A stretch of DNA of 63,555 nucleotides, filler included. It is 6 parts of 6 records of this genome, joined end to end, with 100 filler letters (N's around TTAATTAATTAA, not from the genome) between each part and the next. Parts side by side here need not be neighbours in the genome. Positions count along the whole stretch, not along the records: positions 42,406 to 58,207 come from SRR31156797_27414; positions 58,308 to 63,555 come from SRR31156797_27537; 4 more parts are not named here. One strand, given 5' to 3'. Positions within the stretch are counted from its first letter, which is position 1; each line of letters opens with the position of its first letter. Positions 50,107 through 61,852 of this stretch are shown here, piece by piece. The position numbers were made by a program, and so were the translations under genes. The notes beneath the pieces are model-generated. The model did no database searches, was not told the origin of the DNA, and saw only the letters and a program-made list of their open reading frames with translations.

Positions 50107-50940
50107 ATGGTACATAAAGACAATAAAATCCTGAGAACAGCGGGATTCTTCTTTCTGGTTCTGATGACCTTCGTCTGGCTTCTGCCCATGATCGTTGCGG
50201 TTCTCACATCCTTCAGGACGAACAGCGAGCTGCTGACCCGCGGATTCCTCTCCCTGCCCGAAAGGATCAGCTTCGAGAGCTATAGGAACGCCTGGACCCG
50301 GGGACAGCTGAATCTCTTCCTGCCCAACAGCTTTATCATCACCCTGCCGGCTCTGCTTTTCACCCTGGGGCTCTCAAGCCTTTCGGCCTACGCCCTGGCC
50401 AAGTTCAGGTTCCGGGGGCGGAAGCTGATCCTGAGCGTCTTCGTAGGGGGGATGATGCTTCCCTTCCAGATCCTGCTGCTGCCGGTCTTCCGTCTCTCGG
50501 AAAAAATAGGGATCTATGACAGCTACTGGGCGCTGATCGGGATCCATACGGCTTTTCAGCTGGGATTCTGCACATTCGTGCTGAGAAACTATATGGTAAC
50601 CATTCCCCGCTCCCTTTCCGAGGCGGCTCGGATTGACGGTTGCCGGGAATTCCGTATCTATTCGCAGATAATCATGCCCCTCGTCCTGCCCGCCGTGGCT
50701 GCGATAGCCACACTTGAATTTACATGGATCTTCAATGATTACATCTGGGCCCTGATCCTGGTGAGAACGAGCAGGATGATGCCTGTGACCGCAGGTCTGG
50801 CTATCCTTCAGGGACAGTACGTTATGGACTGGACCGTGATTATCGCCGGCGCTCTGATGGCGACCGTGCCGACGATCATCGTCTTTATCTTTCTGCAGCG
50901 TTACTTCATCCAGGGGCTGACCATGGGATCCAATAAGTAG
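50107..50940 (+). CDS. Carbohydrate ABC permease
   Basis: EAARIDG; QRYFIQGLTMG. Confidence 0.93.
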   Translation: MVHKDNKILRTAGFFFLVLMTFVWLLPMIVAVLTSFRTNSELLTRGFLSLPERISFESYRNAWTRGQLNLFLPNSFIITLPALLFTLGLSSLSAYALAKFRFRGRKLILSVFVGGMMLPFQILLLPVFRLSEKIGIYDSYWALIGIHTAFQLGFCTFVLRNYMVTIPRSLSEAARIDGCREFRIYSQIIMPLVLPAVAAIATLEFTWIFNDYIWALILVRTSRMMPVTAGLAILQGQYVMDWTVIIAGALMATVPTIIVFIFLQRYFIQGLTMGSNK

Positions 50941-51034
50941 ATACTGCCGGGGACGGCTCCTTCCGGAAACCTCCCGCGGCTTCAGGCGTTCCGTCGGGGC
51001 GGCTAATCAGAGAATAAACAATGGGGTCTGATTG

Positions 51035-53056
51035 ATGAAAGAGATACGCCGGAAGGGCATCTGTTATGGCGGGGATTACAATCCCGAACAATGGCCGCAG
51101 GAGGTCTGGGCCGACGATATCCGTCTGATGAAGCTGGCCGGGGTCAACTTTGTGAGCGTCGGGATCTTCAGCTGGGCGCTGCTGCAGCCTTCGGAGGAGG
51201 AGTTCGACTTCTCCTGGCTGGACAGGATCATGGATATGATGGCCGAGGCGGGCATCGGAGTGGATCTGGCCACCCCGACAGCCGCGCAGCCGGCCTGGCT
51301 GAGCCGGAAGTATCCCGGGATCCTGCCGGTAAGCAGGGAGGGAATGCGCTATACCTACGGTTCCCGCCAGTGTTACTGCCCCAACAGCGGGGACTGGAAA
51401 AGGGCCGCCGCCAGGATCGCCCGCAAGGTGGTGGCACGCTACAGGGATCATCCCGCCCTGGTGATGTGGCATACCAACAACGAGTACAGCTGTCATGTAC
51501 AGGAGTGCTACTGCGGCAACTGCGCCGCGGCCTTCCGCGTCTGGCTGGAGAAACGCTACGGCTCTGTGGAAGGGGTCAACAGGGCCTGGGGGACCAGATT
51601 CTGGAGCCAGTACTACTACGACTGGATGGATATACTCCCTCCCCGGAAGACGACGGCACAGGCCAATCCCGCCCATGTCCTTGACTACCGCCGCTTTATG
51701 AACGACTCGGTTCTGGATCTCTACCTTATGGAGAAGAATATCATCGAAGAGATCTCCCCGCAGGTGGAGGTGATGACCAACTTCATGATGACCTGGAAGG
51801 ATCTGGATCTCTTCCAGTGGGCCGAACACGTGGACGTGGTGACATGGAACTCCTATCCGGACCCCGATCCCTCCTACGATCCCTCCTGGACCGCCATGGA
51901 TCACGACATCATGAGGAGCCTGAAGGGGGGGAAGCCCTTCCTGCTTATGGAGCAGGCCCCCAGCCAGGTCAACTGGAGATGGGTCAACCGGGCCAAGGCC
52001 CCCGGCATGATGAAGCTCTACTCCTACCAGGCCCTGGCCCATGGCGCCGACGGCCTGATGTTCTTCCAGTGGCGTCAGTCGAGACGGGGCTCGGAGAAGT
52101 TCCACAGCGCCTGCGTCACCCATACGGGAGACGAGCACTCCCGGGTGTTCCGGGAGGTCGCCGATCTGGGAAGCGAGCTGAAGAGGCTTGAAGACCTGAA
52201 GGACGCCTCCTATCCCGCCGAGACCGCCATCGTCCTGGACTATGAGAACTGGTGGGCCCTGGAGTATGAGAACAACCAGTCCTCGGACGTGGGCTATCTG
52301 GACAATCTCCGCTATGTGTACCGCCATTTCTACGAGCGTCACATCCCCGTGGACTTCGTTCATCCCCTGCGCAGCGATCTGAGCAGGTACAAGATGATCG
52401 TAGCGCCCTTCCTCTATATGCTCAGCCGGGAGGCGGGCGACCGGTTCCGGGACTATGTAGAGCGGGGCGGCCGTCTTGTGGTCGGCTGCGGCAGCGGCAT
52501 TGTGGACGAGGAGGAGGCCGTTTTCGAGGAGGGCTACCCCGGCCCTCTCTCGGGGACCCTGGGCATCCGCGTGGAGGAGTTCGATCCCCTCTATCCCGGA
52601 CAGAGCGTCCGCATCAGCTTCGAAGGCAGAGAGGGGAAGCCCGATGCCGCCGGAGATCTGTGGGAGGACAGGATACACACGGCCGGCGCCGAAACCGTCG
52701 CCTGGTTCAGCGAGGGCATGATGAAGGGATGCCCCGCCCTGACCCGCAACAAGCTGGGAGAGGGGGAGGCCTGGTACCTCGGACTCCGTCCTGACAAAGA
52801 GACCATGGCCCGTGTCTTCGAAATGATCGGCAGGGACTCAGGGATAGAGACCCCTCTCGACGCCCCTTCCTCTCTGGAGCTCACATGCCGTGAGAACGAA
52901 AAGGGCCGCTGGTACTTTCTTATGAACTTCTCGGACGAGAACGTCTGCCTTTCCTTGGAAGGAAAGGGTTATATCAATCCCCTGACCGGCCGCGCCGCCG
53001 GTCCCCAGATGGGACTGTCTCCCCTGGAGGGCGCGGTCCTGCTGGAGCCCTCTTGA
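51035..53056 (+). CDS. Beta-galactosidase, GH42
   Basis: YGGDYNPEQW, GIFSWA, acid/base NNEY, Cys cluster CYCGNC, nucleophile LMEQ, FFQWR. Confidence 0.95.
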   Translation: MKEIRRKGICYGGDYNPEQWPQEVWADDIRLMKLAGVNFVSVGIFSWALLQPSEEEFDFSWLDRIMDMMAEAGIGVDLATPTAAQPAWLSRKYPGILPVSREGMRYTYGSRQCYCPNSGDWKRAAARIARKVVARYRDHPALVMWHTNNEYSCHVQECYCGNCAAAFRVWLEKRYGSVEGVNRAWGTRFWSQYYYDWMDILPPRKTTAQANPAHVLDYRRFMNDSVLDLYLMEKNIIEEISPQVEVMTNFMMTWKDLDLFQWAEHVDVVTWNSYPDPDPSYDPSWTAMDHDIMRSLKGGKPFLLMEQAPSQVNWRWVNRAKAPGMMKLYSYQALAHGADGLMFFQWRQSRRGSEKFHSACVTHTGDEHSRVFREVADLGSELKRLEDLKDASYPAETAIVLDYENWWALEYENNQSSDVGYLDNLRYVYRHFYERHIPVDFVHPLRSDLSRYKMIVAPFLYMLSREAGDRFRDYVERGGRLVVGCGSGIVDEEEAVFEEGYPGPLSGTLGIRVEEFDPLYPGQSVRISFEGREGKPDAAGDLWEDRIHTAGAETVAWFSEGMMKGCPALTRNKLGEGEAWYLGLRPDKETMARVFEMIGRDSGIETPLDAPSSLELTCRENEKGRWYFLMNFSDENVCLSLEGKGYINPLTGRAAGPQMGLSPLEGAVLLEPS

Positions 53057-53128
53057 CCGCTGTTCCAGTCAGGCCCGATACGCCCCGCCGTTCCGGAATG
53101 CCCCTCCGCCTCAGGCGGGCGGAGCTTT

Positions 53129-54316
53129 TCAGTCCTTCAGACAGAGAGCTTCAAAGGCTCTGAGAAAGTCATCCGCCTTCTCGGCTTTGCTGCCCGATCC
53201 CTGCCAGAGGGGGTCTCTTCCGCCGCCCTTGCCCTCGATGAGGGAGAGGCATTTCTCCCTGAACTCGTTAAAATCCACAGCCTTGTGACAGGGCAGATGG
53301 AGGGACCAGTTCAGTCTGCCTCCCTCCTCGCTGCAGAGCAGGAAGGAGAGGGATGTCCGGGCGGAAAGATCCCGGCAGACGAGGCGGAACAGGGAGGAGG
53401 GGCAGTCCTCTAGCTTCCGGATGACCAGGGGCGGGTAGGCTGTCAGCGATGAGGCCAGATCGCCGCTGATGCGGCGGGCTGTCTCCTCTTCCAGAGTCTT
53501 GAGCCGGCGCTTCTCGTCCCGCTTCTCCTCCAGAAGGTCTTCCAGCCTGTCGGCCGCCTCCAGGGCGGGGGTGGAGAGAAGCTTGCCCATCCTCTCGCTC
53601 TGTTCCATACGCCGTCTGTAATCCTCGCGGGCCGGGGCGCCGATCTTCCATTTCAGCCGCATATGGCCGCGTACCTTCTCGCTCCCCGCATACTTGATCA
53701 TTCCCAGATCGGCGGTGCTGTCCGCGTGTAGGCCCCCGCAGGGGGTTATATCGTTCTCGCCGATGCTGACGAGGCGGATGTTCTCGGTCTTGTCAGTGGG
53801 CCGGCGGAGCCTATAGCCTTCCAGCTCCTCCCTGTCATTCACAAGGAGAGACCTGACAGGAAGTCCGGCGGCGATCAGCCGGGCTCCTTCCTCTTCCAGA
53901 CTGTAGAGTTCGTCCATGGAGATATCGTCCCGATCGGTTTCGATGCTGCATTCGTCCCTGCCCAGGTGGACCGAAAGGGTCGCGGCACCGCAGAGGCTTT
54001 GAAGCAGGGAGGATATAAGATGCTGGCCCGTGTGCTGAATCCTGTAATGGTCGCGGTGGGATCTGTCCAGAGAGAGCCGGGCTTCCGTCTCCTCGGGTCT
54101 TTTCTCCAGCTTGTGGAGGATGCGCCCCTCCTCCTTCTGCACATCCAGTACGGGCAGATCGTTCAGGCTTCCTTTGTCGGCAGGCTGTCCTCCCCCCTCG
54201 GGATAGAAGAGGGTGTCTTCCAGTTCCAGATACCAGTGGTCTCCCCGCTGTTCGGCGCTCTTTATGGTTGTGGTCATTTCATTGCGTTCGGGCTTTAGGT
54301 AATACATTTGATTCAT
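53129..54316 (-). CDS. Alanyl-tRNA editing protein (AlaX-like, with DHHA1 domain)
   Basis: FYPEGGGQPAD, QHTGQH, CGGLH, GKGGG. Confidence 0.92.
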   Translation of the reverse strand: MNQMYYLKPERNEMTTTIKSAEQRGDHWYLELEDTLFYPEGGGQPADKGSLNDLPVLDVQKEEGRILHKLEKRPEETEARLSLDRSHRDHYRIQHTGQHLISSLLQSLCGAATLSVHLGRDECSIETDRDDISMDELYSLEEEGARLIAAGLPVRSLLVNDREELEGYRLRRPTDKTENIRLVSIGENDITPCGGLHADSTADLGMIKYAGSEKVRGHMRLKWKIGAPAREDYRRRMEQSERMGKLLSTPALEAADRLEDLLEEKRDEKRRLKTLEEETARRISGDLASSLTAYPPLVIRKLEDCPSSLFRLVCRDLSARTSLSFLLCSEEGGRLNWSLHLPCHKAVDFNEFREKCLSLIEGKGGGRDPLWQGSGSKAEKADDFLRAFEALCLKD

Positions 54317-54572
54317 GGATGAATTCTAGCAGATTCACGGTCGGTACGAAAGGAAAAAAGCGGAGAGGGCCCTGGTGTAAATGTACTATTTCCATACCCG
54401 TACCCTCTGCGGGACGGCGAACGACAGGCGCGAGACAACTTTCTCCTGGATTCCGAGTCTCATTCAGCCGTCGGAAACTCACGTCCTCTTCTTTGCAACT
54501 GTGTCCGTTATTTTTCACTTTAACTGATGCTTTCCCTTGAAAATATTGCAGTTTACCATAACAGTTATGATC

Positions 54573-56000
54573 ATGAATGGCGGAGAATACAGGTATCAGA
54601 AGGTCGCCGGACGCATCGAAAGCATGATCAGGACCGGGAGCCTCAGGGAGGGGAGCCGGATCCCTTCTCTCAGGGAGATGTCCACGCTCATGGGGGTCAG
54701 CCTGAATACGGTCAGGGAGGCCTACAGCAGCCTTGAGGCCCGGTATCTGGTGGAGGCCGTTCCCCAGTCCGGCTATTATGTCCGTTCCCTGGCCAGGGAG
54801 TTCGAAACCCTGCCCGCCGTCGATCCGGCGGCCATGGATCCGGAGAAGGAGAATTTCTGCCGCATCATCAGCCGCTATCAGGAGGGTGAGGGTGAGGATG
54901 CGGGTATACAGCTGGGAGTCTCCTCCCTCTCCGACGCCCTCTATCCCTCGGCCGCCATGGCCCGCATCCTCCAGGATGTGGCCCGCAACGCCGGCAACCG
55001 GGCCTTCGACTATCACATGCCCCCCGGCCATCGTCCTCTCCGGGAGAGGATCGCCAGGCTTTCGGCTGAGGACGGGGCCGTTCTCCATCCCGACGATCTC
55101 GTATTGACCAACGGCTGTCACGAAGCGGTGTTTATGGCCCTCCAGGTGCTCTGCCGTCCCGGGGATACGGTGGCCGTGGAAAGCCCCTGCTACTACAACT
55201 TCTTCCAGATGCTGGAGACCCTTCAGCTCAACGTGGTGGAGATCCCCTCGGTTCCGGGAGAGGGATTCTCCCTCGATACCCTGCGCTATGTCCTGGAGAC
55301 CCGGAGGATCAACGCCTTCTTCTGTATCCCCAGCTTCAGCAATCCCCTGGGGAATTGCATGACCGTCCCCGCGCGGGAGGCCCTGGTCGCCCTGCTCAGG
55401 GAATTCGGCGTCCCCATGATAGAGGACGATATCTACGCGTCCCTGTACTTCGGGAAGAAGCGTCCCCCCAGCTGCTACTCCCTGGCCGACAGGGGAGATG
55501 TCATCCTCTGCTCTTCCTTTTCCAAAACCCTGGGGCCCGGGCTCCGGACGGGCTGGATAGCGCCGGGTCCTTACAGGGAAAAAATCATCAGGCTGAAAAC
55601 CCTGTTGAACCTTGGCAATAACTCGATCCAGGAACTGACCCTGGCCCGTTATCTGGAGGGAAGGACCTACTCGGTTCATATGAAAAAGGTCCGGGCCGCC
55701 CTGGCCCGACAGATGCAGCAGCTCCGGCGCACGGTGCTGGAGAGCTTTCCGGAGGGCACCAGGACGACCGTTCCCGAAGGGGGGCTGGTGCTCTGGGTAA
55801 CCCTGCCGGGAGGGTTCGACACCATGGAGCTCTACAGAGCGGTGCAGGACAGGAATCTCTTCTTCGCTCCCGGCAAGCTCTTCTCTTTGAAACGGGATTA
55901 CAGCTCCTCCCTCCGCTTGAACGGAGGGGCGTGGAGTGAAAAGAACATCGAGGCCGTACGCTATCTGGGGGAAAGGGCCTGCCGGCTGGCCGGAAGGTAA
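54573..56000 (+). CDS. MocR/GabR family regulator (GntR HTH plus PLP aminotransferase fold)
   Basis: IPSLRE...VSLNTVREAY...PQSGYYV; IEDDIY; SSFSKTLGPGLRTGW. Start uncertain (54567 or 54573). Confidence 0.93.
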   Translation: MNGGEYRYQKVAGRIESMIRTGSLREGSRIPSLREMSTLMGVSLNTVREAYSSLEARYLVEAVPQSGYYVRSLAREFETLPAVDPAAMDPEKENFCRIISRYQEGEGEDAGIQLGVSSLSDALYPSAAMARILQDVARNAGNRAFDYHMPPGHRPLRERIARLSAEDGAVLHPDDLVLTNGCHEAVFMALQVLCRPGDTVAVESPCYYNFFQMLETLQLNVVEIPSVPGEGFSLDTLRYVLETRRINAFFCIPSFSNPLGNCMTVPAREALVALLREFGVPMIEDDIYASLYFGKKRPPSCYSLADRGDVILCSSFSKTLGPGLRTGWIAPGPYREKIIRLKTLLNLGNNSIQELTLARYLEGRTYSVHMKKVRAALARQMQQLRRTVLESFPEGTRTTVPEGGLVLWVTLPGGFDTMELYRAVQDRNLFFAPGKLFSLKRDYSSSLRLNGGAWSEKNIEAVRYLGERACRLAGR

Positions 56001-56042
56001 GGGAGGGGGCGACCCTTCTCAGTTTTCCAGCGAATTGCTATC

Positions 56043-56888
56043 ATGCTCACCATGAAATCGAACGATATGATATCCCCCCGCCTGGTGGCGGTCGACCTGG
56101 ACGGAACCCTGTTGAACTCGGACCATCGGCTGTCTGAAAGAACCATCGCAACCATGCGCCGCCTTGAAGGCGCGGGAATCCCCGTGGTTATAAGCACCGG
56201 TCGAAGCTACGAAGGGATGATGCGCTTTAAGAACGAAATAGGCCTTAAGAATCCTGTGGTCTGCTATAACGGCGCGGTCATAGCAGACGGCGGGAGCGAC
56301 CGGATCCTCCATCAATGGCTTCTGAGCGCCGACATCGCCCGGTCCGCATTGGATTATGCCCGGGAACGGGATTTCCATTTGCAGTTTTTCCGGGACGGGG
56401 AACTTTACTTTGAACGCCGCCGGGAGGAGTCGGAGTACTATGAGGCCTCCACCGGTCTGACCGGCCATGTGACAGACTTCGACAGCTGGGACAATCTTGA
56501 GGTGACCAAGGCTCTGATGGTCCTGCCTCCCTCCCGCGGGTCGGGCGAATTTCCCGAGCTCCATGAGGCCAAGGCCCGTTTTGAGGCCCTCTTCGGAGAG
56601 AGGCTTTACTGCGCCCTTTCCAAGCCCTTCTATCTGGAGTTTATCAACGGCCGCGGTTCCAAGGGAAACGCCCTTCTGCAGGTCTGCAAAGATATGGGGA
56701 TCAGGGCTGAGGAGATCGCGGCCTTCGGAGACGGCTTCAACGATCTTGAGATGCTGGAGGTCGCCGGCATGTCCGTGGCCATGTCCAACGCCCCCGAGGG
56801 AGTGAAGGACGCCTGTTCCCACGTCACCGATCTGAACAACGACGAGGACGGGGTGGCGGATTTTGTGGAGAGACACTTTCTGGCCTAG
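56043..56888 (+). CDS. Cof-type HAD IIB hydrolase
   Basis: DLDGTLL, STGR, SKG, FGDGFNDLEML, NDEDGVA. Confidence 0.95.
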   Translation: MLTMKSNDMISPRLVAVDLDGTLLNSDHRLSERTIATMRRLEGAGIPVVISTGRSYEGMMRFKNEIGLKNPVVCYNGAVIADGGSDRILHQWLLSADIARSALDYARERDFHLQFFRDGELYFERRREESEYYEASTGLTGHVTDFDSWDNLEVTKALMVLPPSRGSGEFPELHEAKARFEALFGERLYCALSKPFYLEFINGRGSKGNALLQVCKDMGIRAEEIAAFGDGFNDLEMLEVAGMSVAMSNAPEGVKDACSHVTDLNNDEDGVADFVERHFLA

Positions 56889-56951
56889 AATCGGATGGCC
56901 GGGGGGGCTAAGGCCCGGATAGGGCGGGACCGTGCCGCCGGCCCGGGCCCC

Positions 56952-57188
56952 TTAAAACACCACCCTGTCGGGAAAGCGCCTCCGGATGATCTCGGTGATC
57001 CGGAGCATGTCGATCTGGTATTTATCGAAGAGATTCAATTCCTCGTGAAGCGCCATCAGGTCGCGTCCTCTCGATACCCCCTGCATGATATAGTTCAGTT
57101 CCCTGTTGTTGAGGAAATGGGAGATCCTTTTCCATATCTCCATCTGCAGATCCGCAGGCTGCTGTTCAATCCATTGCTGAATTCTCAT
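56952..57188 (-). CDS. Small hypothetical protein
   Basis: 78-aa ATG ORF filling the intergenic gap, with protein-like helical composition. Confidence 0.6.
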   Translation of the reverse strand: MRIQQWIEQQPADLQMEIWKRISHFLNNRELNYIMQGVSRGRDLMALHEELNLFDKYQIDMLRITEIIRRRFPDRVVF

Positions 57189-57278
57189 GGCCGTACTATA
57201 ACATAAAGTGTAAGCATACCGCCAATACCTTAATAGTGCGGCTTACGCAGTAAACGCAGCGAAACCCGGAGGCCGCCC

Positions 57279-58207
57279 GTGAGCACACCAGTCGTACCCG
57301 CGTCTTTTTTTTCCGGTCTGGAACGCATCTGCATCGACGCGTCCAGCATGATCTATCATCTGAAGACGGGGCTTCTAGGTTCCCTGGCCGCGGAGGCCGA
57401 GCTTGTCTCTACACCCGGGGTGATTGCCGAGGTCGGATGGCCCCATCTTCCCGTCAGGCCCCTGGAGCTAAGCCCGGAGGAGGGCGAGGGGATAAGCAAC
57501 GATGAATCCCTTCTGGTCCTGGCGCGTCGTGAAGGGCTCCCCGTCCTTTCAGAGGACAAAGAGATCCTGGAGAGCTGCCGGGAGGAGGGGAGGGAGCACT
57601 ACAACACCCTGATGATGCTGAACCTTCTGCTCCTCCGGGGACGGATCCTCCCCGGGGAGTATCCCGAGTATCTGAGGCGCCTGAAGGACTGCGCCCGCTA
57701 CAGCGGAGCGGTGCTGGATTACGGGCAGCAGATATATCAAGAGATTATGGAGAGGCTCTCTCCCCCATCCTCCGGTACGGCGGATTCAGCGCGGGTATCA
57801 GAGAATCTATACCCCGCGGACGGGCAAGTCTCCCACGAAGAGCGCTGCGGGCTGTTGGGAACCCGCCCCCTTACCCTGTGGCTGACAGGTCTGAGCGCCG
57901 CCGGCAAGAGCACCATCGCCTATGCCCTGGAAAGGCGTCTGACCGACAGCGGAATCCCCTGTTATACCCTTGACGGAGACAATGTCAGGCAGAGACTGAA
58001 CCGGGATCTGGGATTTTCCCATACCGACAGATCCGAGAATATACGGCGGGTGGCGGAGACGGCCAGGCTTTTCAACGATGCGGGAATGACGGTGATCTCA
58101 GCGTTTATCTCTCCCTTCAAGGCGGACAGGGCCGCCGCCAGGAGCATCATAGGCCCCCTGTATTTCCGGGAAATCTATATCAGCACCTCCCTGGAGGTTT
58201 GCAAGGA
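57279..58207 (+). CDS. cysC: PIN-like domain fused to adenylyl-sulfate kinase, truncated
   Basis: GGAGG RBS with GTG start; N-terminal ICIDASS...IAEV...NDES...SEDK; C-terminal WLTGLSAAGKST, LDGDNVR, DRSENIRRVAE, FISP. Confidence 0.88.
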
Positions 58208-58307
58208 NNNNNNNNNNNNNNNNNNNNNNNNNNNNNNNNNNNNNNNNNNNNTTAATTAATTAANNNNNNNNNNNNNNNNNNNNNNNNNNNNNNNNNNNNN
58301 NNNNNNN
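58208..58307. other. Artificial contig spacer
   Basis: N-run with TTAATTAATTAA. Confidence 0.99.
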
Positions 58308-58420
58308 CGGTACAACCGGTGAACACCGCTTTGCCGCAAAACTTCCCTCCAAAAATAAATCCTTCCAGCGCCGGGCCCAGGTTACGGTGATTTTCAGTAG
58401 TTGATTTTATAAATTATTTC

Positions 58421-58460
58421 AAATATACAAGGCGTTATTTTTTCATCGCCTTGTATATTT
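58421..58460. repeat. Perfect 14-bp inverted repeat (terminator-like)
   Basis: AAATATACAAGGCG-12 nt-CGCCTTGTATATTT. Confidence 0.75.
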
Positions 58461-58583
58461 ATTTTAATAAAAATTCCATCCTGTCCCAATGCCGTTTTTG
58501 AGGTTAAAAAAGGGTTTGAATATAGGTGCTATATCGTTGAAAATCCTTGACCTCAAACTGTTAATAGCCTATAAATTCTCACC

Positions 58584-58910
58584 ATGAAAGTAGCCTCTAT
58601 CGAAGAAACCAATTTTAAATTGCTTAGACCTTTACAAGATGATCCTAGACGGACCCAAAGGGAAATGACACAACAATTGGGCACCCGCCTCGGCAAGATC
58701 CATTTTTGTACATTTGTTCTTGTGTGAAAGGAATTGACACGGGTTGATCAATTTAAAACAGTAAAAAGAATGCGTATGTATACTATGCTCAAGTATTTGG
58801 ACTGCCATGAACTATCCCATCTCATTTTAAAATTTTAAAGTTCAAGGGATTAGAATCCATTTAAAAAGAGGTAAGGCATTTGTCAGAGAAGGTAGACTCT
58901 GATTTGACTA
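58584..58910 (+). pseudogene. Degenerate MarR-family EPS-associated regulator
   Basis: MKVASIEETNFKLLRPLQDDPRRTQREMTQQLGTRLGKIHFC resembles the family HTH (TQRELA..LGISLGKVNYC). In-frame TGA at 58725-58727 and further stops; end approximate. TTGACC-17-TATAAA lies upstream at 58547-58575. Confidence 0.65.
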
Positions 58911-58967
58911 AAAAACAAGAGCCTTGGGCTGAGTTTAAAGATATTTTATAATTTTGATTTGTTCTAA

Positions 58968-60010
<1,043 letters not shown>

Positions 60011-60084
60011 TCAGCAGGACCCGATTGTAATTTTCAATTACATTATAATGGGTGCAGAAACTTCATGATACCAAGTTGCTAAAC

Positions 60085-61779
60085 ATGTCTGAGAAAAACA
60101 CTGAAAAAGCACCTTTTTTTGTTCACCCGACGAGTGTGGTGGATGAAAATGTTTCAATAGGTAGAAAGACAAAGGTTTGGCATTTTTTACATATTTTAAA
60201 AAATACGGTCATAGGTGATGAGTGTATTTTGGGCCAGAATGTTGTAGCAGGGCCAGATGTTTCTATCGGAGACGGCTGCAAAATACAGAATAATGTTTCA
60301 TTGTATAAAGGGGTTACCTTAGAAGATAATGTGTTTTGCGGGCCTTCAATGGTCTTTACCAATGTATTTAATCCAAGATCACACATCAAACGGATGGATG
60401 AGGTCCGGCCTACCCTGGTAAAAAAAGGCGCAAGCTTGGGGGCAAACTGCACAATTGTCTGCGGTGTTACCATCGGCCGGTATGCCTTTGTAGGGGCAGG
60501 CGCTGTTGTAACCAAAAATGTTCCCGACCATGCGCTTGTCATGGGGAATCCCGCCCGTCAAACCGGTTGGATGTGCGAGTGCGGGGAAAAATTAAATCAT
60601 GATATGGTCTGCCCTGTTTGCGGTAAATCTGTTAAAGAAAAATTAGGCCCCGGTCCCATATCTTTTGTGGATCTTGCAGCCCAGCAGACAAGAATTTTTC
60701 CCCAATTGGAGAAAAATATCCAGACGGTGCTAAAACATGGTCGGTATATAATGGGGCCTGAGGTCCGGGAACTTGAAAAAAAACTGGCAGATTTTGTCCA
60801 GGTCCGGCATGCTGTGACCTGCGCGTCCGGAACAGACGCCTTGCTGATGTCATTAATGGCTTATGGAATAGGGCCTGGAGATGCCGTTTTTACGACTCCG
60901 TTTACCTTTATCGCCACCGCAGAAATGATAAGGCTTTTGGGCGCAACCCCGGTCTTTGTTGATATTGATTTTGAAACTTTCAATATTTCTCCTCGGAAAA
61001 TAGAAGGGGCTGTTAAATCTGTTGTAGAGGATGGTCAACTGCGGGCCAAGGCCATAATACCTGTGGATCTTTTTGGGTTGCCTTGTGATTATGACAGGAT
61101 CAATACCATCGCAGCTGAATATGGGTTGATTGTGATAGAAGATGCTGCCCAGTCTTTAGGGGCTGAATATAAAGGGCGAATGGCCGGATCCTTTGGGAGT
61201 GTTGCCTGTACTTCTTTTTTCCCTGCAAAACCCTTGGGCTGCTATGGAGATGGGGGGGCTGTTTTTACCAATTCTCCTGAACTCGCTGAAAAGCTTATTT
61301 CCATTCGCGTTCACGGAAAAGGATACGATAAGTATGACAATATCCGGGAAGGCATTAACGGACGGATGGATACGCTACAGGCTGCGATCTTGCTTGCCAA
61401 ACTTGAGGTTTTTCCCCAGGAACTTGAAGCGCGGGACAGAGTTGCCCAAAGATATCAAGAGCTGTTATCAGAGGCAAAAAAGGCTATTATTCTTCCGGAT
61501 ACCCCTCCCGGTTATAAGAGCGCATGGGCTCAATTTTCCATATTGGCAGAAAATAAAAACCTAAGGGCAAAAATCCAGCAGGAGTTAAAAGCAGGCGGTA
61601 TTCCGACAGCAATCTATTATCCAACACCTTTACATCTCCAGCCAGCCTTTGCTGATTTAGGTTATGCTAAAGGCTGTTTTGATATCTCGGAAGAGTGCTC
61701 TTCTAAAATATTTAGCATCCCCCTGCATCCATATTTGACGAAAGAGGAACAGATACGGATTTGTTCATTCCTTCGTTAA
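60085..61779 (+). CDS. WbpD-like hexapeptide N-acetyltransferase fused to WbpE-like DegT/DnrJ aminotransferase
   Basis: [34 protein letters not shown], then [36 protein letters not shown] in one frame. Confidence 0.92.
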   Translation: MSEKNTEKAPFFVHPTSVVDENVSIGRKTKVWHFLHILKNTVIGDECILGQNVVAGPDVSIGDGCKIQNNVSLYKGVTLEDNVFCGPSMVFTNVFNPRSHIKRMDEVRPTLVKKGASLGANCTIVCGVTIGRYAFVGAGAVVTKNVPDHALVMGNPARQTGWMCECGEKLNHDMVCPVCGKSVKEKLGPGPISFVDLAAQQTRIFPQLEKNIQTVLKHGRYIMGPEVRELEKKLADFVQVRHAVTCASGTDALLMSLMAYGIGPGDAVFTTPFTFIATAEMIRLLGATPVFVDIDFETFNISPRKIEGAVKSVVEDGQLRAKAIIPVDLFGLPCDYDRINTIAAEYGLIVIEDAAQSLGAEYKGRMAGSFGSVACTSFFPAKPLGCYGDGGAVFTNSPELAEKLISIRVHGKGYDKYDNIREGINGRMDTLQAAILLAKLEVFPQELEARDRVAQRYQELLSEAKKAIILPDTPPGYKSAWAQFSILAENKNLRAKIQQELKAGGIPTAIYYPTPLHLQPAFADLGYAKGCFDISEECSSKIFSIPLHPYLTKEEQIRICSFLR

Positions 61780-61852
61780 ATTTAGGGTGAGTAGTACCTA
61801 TCAAGAAGGGAATGAATAGCATTTCAAAAGTTTGTAACAATTCGGAGGAGCC

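Noticed and set aside
54279-54483. Short minus-strand ORFs between MocR and AlaX as a leader peptide or MocR target
   Set aside because: No motif or compositional support; cannot be distinguished from chance.
58308-58510. Possible IS end (CAATGCCGTTTTTGAGG) at the start of contig 6
   Set aside because: Only a vague resemblance to IS4-type termini; no partner repeat or transposase is visible.
58725-58727. In-frame TGA in the MarR-like gene as possible selenocysteine
   Set aside because: It aligns to a non-Cys position, has no SECIS-like hairpin, and further stops and divergence follow; a pseudogene is more likely.
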